IMG/VR virus record: IMGVR_UViG_3300045988_071774
Span: 1 to 34,255 of that record
Source of the DNA: a virus
DNA length: 34,255 nt
Strand: one strand, 5' to 3'
Positions 1 to 5,088 of the stretch are shown piece by piece. The position numbers and the translations under genes were made by a program. Below the pieces are notes generated by a model. The model did no database searches, was not told the DNA's origin, and saw only the letters and a list, made by a program, of their open reading frames with translations. The first letter of the stretch is position 1, and each line of letters begins with the position of its first letter.

Positions 1-55
1 GTCTGCGACGCCGGCGTAGCGGCCGATCATGACCACTCCTCGCGGGCGTCGTTGA
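1..55. repeat. 55-bp terminal overlap identical to 34201..34255 (circular-assembly join)
   Basis: Bases 1-55 (gtctgcgacgccggcgtagcggccgatcatgaccactcctcgcgggcgtcgttga) recur exactly as the last 55 bases. The repeat spans a gene junction: the stop of 27..287 and the start of 33931..34230. Confidence 0.95.
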
Positions 56-287
56 TGGCGTCCTGGCTGGCATTGGGGTCGCAGGAGTACCTGCTGCCGG
101 CGGCGTCGATGGCGTACAGGCCGTCATCGTCGACCGACGCGATCACATTGCCTCTCTCGGTGCGAGCGTTGATGTAGGGGGATCCGTGGGTGGTGCGGCA
201 GAAAGCGGCGTATTCCGCGACGCCGAGGTGGTTGCGGATGACCTCGAGGAGCGGCAGGAGCAGACGGCTCTGGCACAGAGGTGACAT
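27..287 (-). CDS. hypothetical early protein (86 aa)
   Basis: ORF track. ATG at 287 is preceded by AAAGGAA (tgaaaggaaccaccaATG). The stop forms an ATGA overlap with the next gene across the join. No family recognised. Confidence 0.75.
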   Translation of the reverse strand: MSPLCQSRLLLPLLEVIRNHLGVAEYAAFCRTTHGSPYINARTERGNVIASVDDDGLYAIDAAGSRYSCDPNASQDAINDAREEWS

Positions 288-299
288 TGGTGGTTCCTT

Positions 300-470
300 T
301 CAGCTGTGGCGGACGTTGATTGTCTGGGTGCGGCCGGTGGCCGGGTCGGTGTGAGTGGGGTGCTTCCAGTCGGCCATCTCGGCCCGCTCGACACGCCGCC
401 TGTACCTGGCGGCTGCCGCTTTCGCGGCCTCGGACCGGTTCCTTATTGCAGTGTTCTGGGGGATATTCAT
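300..470 (-). CDS. small basic hypothetical protein (56 aa), absent from the ORF track
   Basis: Hand translation gives MNIPQNTAIRNRSEAAKAAAARYRRRVERAEMADWKHPTHTDPATGRTQTINVRHS*. ATG 470 forms an ATGA overlap with the stop of 467..757. G+C at the third codon position is very high. The stop lies directly before the SD of the next gene. Confidence 0.7.
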   Translation of the reverse strand: MNIPQNTAIRNRSEAAKAAAARYRRRVERAEMADWKHPTHTDPATGRTQTINVRHS

Positions 471-757
471 GGTAGTGGCAGGTTTCTCAAAACGTTTTCC
501 GCGGCAGCTTCGGCATTCTTGTATTTGAACGCGGGAGCCTGCGGGGTGGGCTTATTGGACGAGGCGACGGCGATATTCAAGTCGTTGTTGACGAGCGCTA
601 CGCCGCGCCCCGGAATAACGACTGCGAACTTCTGAACATCCCTCATTGCGGACCTTATGATGACGGGCTTAGCTTCAGCCAGGAAGCCGCGGCGGCTGAT
701 TTCCTTGGCGATATCCTGGGACATTGCCCACGGATTGTTCCCATGGCGACGGAGCAT
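467..757 (-). CDS. hypothetical early protein (96 aa), locally lower G+C
   Basis: ORF track. The start at 757 overlaps the stop of the upstream gene by 1 nt. An alternative ATG lies at 724. No family recognised. Confidence 0.65.
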   Translation of the reverse strand: MLRRHGNNPWAMSQDIAKEISRRGFLAEAKPVIIRSAMRDVQKFAVVIPGRGVALVNNDLNIAVASSNKPTPQAPAFKYKNAEAAAENVLRNLPLP

Positions 758-1050
758 CAGTCCTCCTCAAGGGAGAGGAAGCCTCCGATGATCCGGCCGG
801 AGTCCCCGGGGGCGGTCGGGTAGGAGACGAGGGCGCTGGACTTCGACACGTACACGACCCGGTTGTGGTGGACGGCGACCTTCGCAGTGCAGACGGCGTC
901 CCCGCTCTTGGCGATGGCTACGACCGCGGCGTCGGGGCAGCCGGCCTGGCCGACCTTGGTGGCGACAGCGCCGTAGCCGATCGTGTTCTCGCGGACCCAC
1001 TTTGCGATGAGGGTCGCGGTGTCGTTCTGGGCGACGGTTGACAGGTACAT
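757..1050 (-). CDS. hypothetical early protein (97 aa)
   Basis: ORF track. SD AGGAAGGA lies upstream of ATG 1050. The gene is tightly packed in the leftward operon. Confidence 0.7.
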   Translation of the reverse strand: MYLSTVAQNDTATLIAKWVRENTIGYGAVATKVGQAGCPDAAVVAIAKSGDAVCTAKVAVHHNRVVYVSKSSALVSYPTAPGDSGRIIGGFLSLEED

Positions 1051-1074
1051 GAGATGTTCCTTCCTGAGGCCCGT

Positions 1075-1335
1075 TCAGCGCACGGACGGGGCCTGGTATC
1101 GGGGTGAGGCCGTTCGGGCCGCTGCGGCCCGGAGGGCGGCCTTCCTGCGGTTGCTGGACCCGGTGGCCTTGATGGCGACCGGCAGGCCGACGATGAAGCC
1201 GAGGACGGCGACCATCGTGACGTGACCGGCGACCAGGGCGGCGGTGGAGGCCAGGACCCAGACGATGTTGAGGGTGGCGACCCAGGCGATCAGAGCGGCG
1301 CTCGTCCGGCTGGGGAGCGGGGCGGTGGTGTTCAT
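1075..1335 (-). CDS. small membrane protein (86 aa, two predicted TM helices), first gene of the leftward operon
   Basis: Hydrophobic stretches ALIAWVATLNIVWVLASTAALVAG and VAVLGFIVGLPVAI. SD GAGGAGGAA precedes ATG 1335. Confidence 0.75.
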   Translation of the reverse strand: MNTTAPLPSRTSAALIAWVATLNIVWVLASTAALVAGHVTMVAVLGFIVGLPVAIKATGSSNRRKAALRAAAARTASPRYQAPSVR

Positions 1336-1376
1336 TTGCTTCCTCCTCGGTGGGGGTCGGTTGACTTGTTGGAGCC

Positions 1377-1405
1377 AATCTACGGCGTGTCGACACGCCG
1401 GTCAA
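1377..1405 (-). promoter_or_regulatory. leftward early promoter: TTGACC, 17 bp, TAGATT
   Basis: The minus strand reads TTGACC (1405..1400), a 17-nt spacer, then TAGATT (1382..1377). This places the start about 35-45 nt upstream of ATG 1335 and fits the sigma-70/HrdB-type TTGACN-17-TANNNT pattern. Confidence 0.6.
1383..1400. promoter_or_regulatory. perfect 18-bp palindrome CGGCGTGTCGACACGCCG filling the promoter spacer (candidate operator)
   Basis: The sequence is self-complementary and sits exactly between the -35 and -10 hexamers of the leftward promoter. Confidence 0.55.
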
Positions 1406-1416
1406 CCCCCGCCGCG

Positions 1417-1430
1417 GTGACGCTGGTCAC
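1417..1430. promoter_or_regulatory. GTGAC-N4-GTCAC dyad, copy 1 (GTGACGCTGGTCAC)
   Basis: Inverted repeat with 5-bp arms in the divergent control region. The same dyad occurs at 4995..5008, and a 9/10 copy at 29398..29411. Confidence 0.5.
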
Positions 1431-1451
1431 GATCTAGGGGGGGGTGAGGGA

Positions 1452-1466
1452 GGCTCAAAATGAGCC
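1452..1466. promoter_or_regulatory. 15-bp dyad GGCTCAAAATGAGCC, copy 1 (candidate operator or iteron)
   Basis: GGCTCA / AAA / TGAGCC inverted repeat. An identical copy lies 24 bp downstream. Confidence 0.6.
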
Positions 1467-1475
1467 GACGGGGGC

Positions 1476-1490
1476 GGCTCAAAATGAGCC
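1476..1490. promoter_or_regulatory. 15-bp dyad GGCTCAAAATGAGCC, copy 2
   Basis: Exact repeat of 1452..1466, with centre-to-centre spacing of 24 bp. Confidence 0.6.
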
Positions 1491-1676
1491 CCAAACCTTA
1501 TCCAAGAGAATAAACACCCCCCTACCCCCCGCCGGCGGTCGGCCCACGGGGTGCGCCAGCCGCCGACACCGCCAGCGCCAGGGGCGGCAACCAACCGGAC
1601 AGCACCTGATACAGTCAGCACGTTGGTTGAGCAGCTGTCCTCATGGTTTTGTGTCGTGTTCCCCAGAGGTCAGCGC

Positions 1677-1712
1677 GGGGCCCGGGTCGAGCCACGAAGC
1701 TCCCCGGGCCCC
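1677..1712 (+). other. GC-rich hairpin in the leader of the replication operon
   Basis: GGGGCCCGGG (1677-1686) pairs with CCCGGGCCCC (1703-1712), and GAGC/GCTC pairs inside the loop. It lies about 50 nt upstream of ATG 1762. Confidence 0.45.
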
Positions 1713-1761
1713 AACCAACAACCCAACAAGACACAGAGAACGACATAGTACGGAGGCAGGC

Positions 1762-2565
1762 ATGGAGTGCTACAACACTCAGATCATCGGCGCCATCAAC
1801 ATCCGCCCCTACTGGAAACGACACGACCTCACCAGCGGAGACATCGCCACCCTCACCGCACTCTGCACATGGTGGAACTGCGAGCACATCTACCCCTCGA
1901 AAGCCGCCATCGAACAACGCTCAGGACAGTCGCGCGCCACGATCACCCGGTCGCTCAACCACCTCACTGAACTCGGCATCATCGAGCCCCGCCGCACCCC
2001 AGGCGACACCAGCGAATACGCCATCCACCTCGACGCCCTCCTCAACCACGACGGCCTCGTAGCAGCGGGCGCCGTCAGCCACGACCGGACAGCCGGGCAG
2101 CCGCGCACCTACAAGCCGCTCACCCCCGTCGCCGACCGGGTCACCGAAGACGACATCGCCCGCGCACGAGCCAAGCATGACAAGGCCGCAGCCAAGAAAC
2201 AGGCGCAGAAGGCGCAGGAGAGCCAAGAACGAGCCGAATTCAACAAGGCCTACCCGGGCACCAAAGCCACCCCCAGAGACTGGCAGAAAGCCCGACAGCA
2301 CGCCACAGCCCAGGAGATCACCGCCGGCGCACGCGCCTACGCAGACCAATGCCGCCGCCGAGAAACGCCAGCCCGATACATCCGCACCGCACGCCGCTGG
2401 CTCGAAGACCACGACTGGGAGAACTACCAGCCCCAGAACCCCACCGACACCGACGACCTCCTCGGCGCCCCCCGCATCAACAACCCTGAACTCATCAACG
2501 CGGAAACCACAGCCGAACTAATGGCCAACATCGCCGCCATGTGGGACAACGCAACCAACAATTGA
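1762..2565 (+). CDS. winged-HTH DNA-binding protein, probable replication initiator, organiser or helicase-loader (267 aa)
   Basis: ATG 1762 has SD GGAGG six nt upstream. The HTH-like segment is SKAAIEQRSGQSRATITRSLNHLTELGIIE. The gene sits immediately upstream of the DnaB-like helicase. The function is inferred mainly from position. Confidence 0.6.
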   Translation: MECYNTQIIGAINIRPYWKRHDLTSGDIATLTALCTWWNCEHIYPSKAAIEQRSGQSRATITRSLNHLTELGIIEPRRTPGDTSEYAIHLDALLNHDGLVAAGAVSHDRTAGQPRTYKPLTPVADRVTEDDIARARAKHDKAAAKKQAQKAQESQERAEFNKAYPGTKATPRDWQKARQHATAQEITAGARAYADQCRRRETPARYIRTARRWLEDHDWENYQPQNPTDTDDLLGAPRINNPELINAETTAELMANIAAMWDNATNN

Positions 2566-2589
2566 ACCCACCAGAAAAGGAACACTCAA

Positions 2590-3843
2590 ATGGAAACCGC
2601 CACCATCGAACAATGCCTCATCGGCTCCGCCCTCGCAGGCGAGGAAGCGCAAACCGACACCACCTGGTCCACCACCCCGAACATGATCGTCAACACCCGG
2701 TACGCCACCCTCTGGGGAATCATCCGCGACCACTGGGCAATGGGCAGAATCCCCACCCCCGCTTCCGTCCTCGCTGAAGTCCGGAATCCGGCCAGCGGCG
2801 AGGACATCCTCGACTGCGTGCACGCGTCCGTGAACCCAGCCGACGCCGACCACTACGCCCGCCTCATCCAAGAAGCCGCCGCCAAGCGGGACGTCCTCGA
2901 CGTACTCGCCCGCGCCGAGCAGCTCCTACAAGGAGACTCCACCGCCGCCGAGGTAGCCTCCTGGGCGCGGTCCCGCATCGGCAGCACCGCACCCGACAGC
3001 AACACCGTCTCCATGCCATCCCTCGTCGACCAGTGGTACACGGCCAAGAAAGCGACCGGCGTCCATACCCCATGGTCCTGCGTCAACGAGATCGTGGGCA
3101 TGCACCGCGACGGCGGACTCCACGTCATCGGCGCCCGCCCGGCAGTCGGCAAGACCCTCTACGGCCTGTACCTCGCGGCCTGCGCCGCACGCAACGACCG
3201 GCACGTCCTCTACGTGTCCATGGAAATGCCGGCCCGCGAGCTGCTCCCCAGGCTCCTGTCACAGGCCACAGGCGCCGCGCTGAAGTACACGACCAGGGAA
3301 GAAGCCGCACCCCCCGAGCTCGCTGACACCCTCAATCGCGCCGCAGCCCAGATCGCGGCCCTACCCATCCACATCAGCGACAAAGCCGGCATGTCCGTCG
3401 AGCGGGTCGCCGCCCTCGCACGCACCCTCCACCACAAGAAGAAGCTCGGCGCCATCGTCATCGACCACATGCAGCTCCTCGCCCCGTCCCGCGGCGCGCC
3501 CGGCTCCTCACTCAGGGAGATGGTCACCTACCAGTCGAGAGCCCTGAAAGAGCTGGCCCTCGAACTCGACGTCCCCGTCTTCGCCCTGTCGCAGCTGTCC
3601 CGCGCCTCCGAGATGAGAGACGACCTCACCCCGAAGCTCGCCGACCTCCGCGAGTCGGGCAGCATCGAACAGGACGCGGATACCGTCACCCTTCTGTTCC
3701 TGCCCGTCCGCAACGGCGTCCCCGATCGGACGCGACTCGCCGTGTCAGTCGCCAAGAACCGGCACGGCGCAACAGGAGACACCGAGCTCATCCGCCGACC
3801 CGCCATGGCCGTCCTCGCAGAACCCACCCCGCAAGGGCTCTGA
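2590..3843 (+). CDS. dnaB: DnaB-family replicative helicase (417 aa)
   Basis: Walker A GARPAVGKT, Walker B IVIDHMQLL, and the motifs SQLSRASE and DLRESGSIEQDADTV. SD AAAGGAA precedes ATG 2590. Confidence 0.9.
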   Translation: METATIEQCLIGSALAGEEAQTDTTWSTTPNMIVNTRYATLWGIIRDHWAMGRIPTPASVLAEVRNPASGEDILDCVHASVNPADADHYARLIQEAAAKRDVLDVLARAEQLLQGDSTAAEVASWARSRIGSTAPDSNTVSMPSLVDQWYTAKKATGVHTPWSCVNEIVGMHRDGGLHVIGARPAVGKTLYGLYLAACAARNDRHVLYVSMEMPARELLPRLLSQATGAALKYTTREEAAPPELADTLNRAAAQIAALPIHISDKAGMSVERVAALARTLHHKKKLGAIVIDHMQLLAPSRGAPGSSLREMVTYQSRALKELALELDVPVFALSQLSRASEMRDDLTPKLADLRESGSIEQDADTVTLLFLPVRNGVPDRTRLAVSVAKNRHGATGDTELIRRPAMAVLAEPTPQGL

Positions 3844-3858
3844 CAGCCACGCAGACGG

Positions 3859-3899
3859 ACTCCTCCCCCTCACCTGATACTCGGTGCAGGGGGAGGAGT
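3859..3899 (+). terminator. stem-loop downstream of dnaB (12-bp perfect stem)
   Basis: ACTCCTCCCCCT (3859-3870) pairs with AGGGGGAGGAGT (3888-3899), with further CACC/GGTG pairing in the loop. It starts 16 nt after the dnaB stop. There is no clear U-tract. Confidence 0.55.
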
Positions 3900-3984
3900 G
3901 TTAGGCCCGTAGCGTCGCTTACGCGGCCTCCGTGCACCCGGAGGAACCGGCCGGCCTCCCACGCGCGCGCGCCCCGTACGGGGC

Positions 3985-4250
3985 TATGACACCAAACAAG
4001 AGATATCTAGGTAGTAGATAGTAGATACCTGTGGATATGTGGATAACCCGACCTTTCGTCGATATGACGCGGCAAGCCCGTCCACAGGGGGATGTGGATA
4101 AGGTTGTATGCACATGTGAATCACTTGTAGGTACAAGTACTTTTCCACAGGTTATCCACAGGTTATCCACAGGGTTATCCACAGGGTTGTCCACAGGGGC
4201 GACAGGAACAGGCTGGGACCAAAGCCCCAACCGGAGGAGAGTTATCCACA
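3985..4250. other. candidate origin of replication: AT-rich island, TAGTAGA x2 and about nine DnaA boxes
   Basis: Reverse-orientation boxes: TGTGGATAT 4030-4038, TGTGGATAA 4038-4046 and 4093-4101. Forward boxes: TTTTCCACA 4141-4149; TTATCCACA 4152-4160, 4163-4171, 4175-4183 and 4242-4250; TTGTCCACA 4187-4195. A degenerate CCGTCCACA lies at 4078-4086. The AT-rich stretch 3985-4047 contains TAGTAGA at 4012-4018 and 4019-4025. No credible ORF covers the region. Confidence 0.7.
4141..4195 (+). repeat. five head-to-tail DnaA-box repeats at 11-12 bp periodicity
   Basis: The sequence reads ttttccacaGGttatccacaGGttatccacaGGGttatccacaGGGttgtccaca. Confidence 0.85.
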
Positions 4251-4254
4251 AGAC

Positions 4255-4415
4255 GCAATCCACCACCCCGAAACCGGGACCCACCAGACGAACACCCCCA
4301 CCCACCAGACACCCCAACCCCAGAACCCAACCCCAACCAGAAGCCCGACACCGAAGCCAGAGCCCCCACCGCCCTCCAACCACCCCACCACCCACACCCC
4401 ACCAGGTACACTGCA
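4255..4415. repeat. C/A-rich low-complexity tract, with G-runs on the bottom strand (G-quadruplex/i-motif prone)
   Basis: There are many C3-C5 runs, for example 4363-4400 cccccaccgccctccaaccaccccaccacccacacccc. The top strand is almost free of T and G. Confidence 0.7.
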
Positions 4416-4418
4416 CAC

Positions 4419-4874
4419 ATGCCATGGACCACGTCCGACCGGCGTCAACGCCTGCCAACGAACTGGAACAAACTCAGGAAGCAAGTTCTCGCAAAAGCAA
4501 ACTACAAATGCGCCGGCCTTGACCCAGCCATCACCCCACCACCTACCAGTAGGGAGGTACAGAGGGGTGCCCGCCGGTGGCACCACCCAACCTGCACCAT
4601 GCGCGCAACCGACGTCGACCACATCAACGCCGGCGACAACCATGAACTGAGTAACCTCCAAGCCCTGTCGCACGCCTGCCACACAGCCAAGACCACACAC
4701 GAGAACGCCGCAGCCAAGGCACGCATACGCGCCACAGCCACACGCGAACAGCCGCCACACCCATGCGCGCGCGCAACACAAACAAACAAAAAAGAAAAAC
4801 AAAACAAAGCGAAAACGAAAACAAACGAAAGCAAGACCCGAACCGAAATGACGCGACGCGAAACTTGGAATTGA
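4419..4874 (+). CDS. HNH endonuclease (151 aa as an ORF; the last ~45 aa are low-complexity read-through)
   Basis: The N-terminus RRQRLPTNWNKLRKQVL and the core DVDHINAGDNHELSNLQALSHACHTAKT match the H-N-H pattern typical of phage terminase-associated HNH proteins. No obvious SD is present. Confidence 0.8.
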   Translation: MPWTTSDRRQRLPTNWNKLRKQVLAKANYKCAGLDPAITPPPTSREVQRGARRWHHPTCTMRATDVDHINAGDNHELSNLQALSHACHTAKTTHENAAAKARIRATATREQPPHPCARATQTNKKEKQNKAKTKTNESKTRTEMTRRETWN

Positions 4875-4909
4875 AAGAAACGGAAGCCGAAAAAAGCGAA
4901 ACCCCCCCC
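4775..4909. repeat. A-rich low-complexity tract ending in a C8 run
   Basis: The sequence reads acaaacaaacaaaaaagaaaaacaaaacaaagcgaaaacgaaaacaaacgaaagc...gccgaaaaaagcgaaacccccccc. This is very unusual for a high-GC genome. It overlaps the 3' end of the HNH ORF. Confidence 0.8.
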
Positions 4910-4994
4910 GGCACCGACTCCCCTCCCCCCGCACACGAAAGACCGGGGGAGATAGCAATCAGGGAGTGGCATGCTCGGGATGACAGCGTTTGGG

Positions 4995-5008
4995 GTGACG
5001 GCGGTCAC
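4995..5008. promoter_or_regulatory. GTGAC-N4-GTCAC dyad, copy 2 (GTGACGGCGGTCAC)
   Basis: Same half-sites as 1417..1430. It lies about 80 nt upstream of the lysin start codon. Confidence 0.45.
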
Positions 5009-5088
5009 TTCGGTCGCGTGCGTGGCGGCACTCGGCCAACCCCGTAACCTTGTCGTAGGCGGCCGACCGGCCGCCAGGAAGGAGAGGC

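Noticed and set aside
1-55. The terminal 55-bp repeats as phage direct terminal repeats, att sites or transposon ends.
   Set aside because: The repeat lies inside a coupled coding junction, is exactly 55 bp and has no flanking signals. A circular-assembly overlap is the simpler explanation.
489-498. The palindrome AAAACGTTTT, loosely similar to the core of the GGCTCAAAATGAGCC dyad.
   Set aside because: It lies inside a coding region, shares only the A-run and lacks the flanking GGCTCA/TGAGCC arms.
1361-1366. The plus-strand TTGACT as the -35 element of the rightward promoter.
   Set aside because: No TANNNT-like -10 element lies 16-18 bp downstream; the sequence there is GGCGTG. The rightward promoter remains unassigned apart from a weak candidate overlapping dyad copy 2.
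1444-1761. The N-terminal 106-aa extension of the replication-protein ORF, which the track starts at GTG 1444.
   Set aside because: It would translate both operator dyads (AQNEP x2) and the leader hairpin into a low-complexity peptide, and it has no SD. ATG 1762 has a strong GGAGG and the recognisable wHTH domain begins there.
3844-4418. A tRNA or other structured RNA gene in the non-coding gaps. I also looked at 4875-5088, 15285-15389 and 29316-29553.
   Set aside because: I saw small hairpins (for example CCTCCG/CGGAGG at 3927-3944 and the palindrome GCCCCGTACGGGGC at 3971-3984). I found no cloverleaf arrangement and no T-loop-like GGTTCGAATCC motif. tRNA scanning software would be needed to exclude one formally.
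4031-4958. ORFs across the origin and HNH region: 4031..4522 (+) 163 aa, 3919..4458 (-) 179 aa, 4242..4958 (-) 238 aa and 4502..5008 (-) 168 aa.
   Set aside because: The translations are P/T/G/W/F low-complexity and simply reflect the DnaA-box repeats, C-runs and A-tract. None has an SD. The DNA-level features explain the region better.
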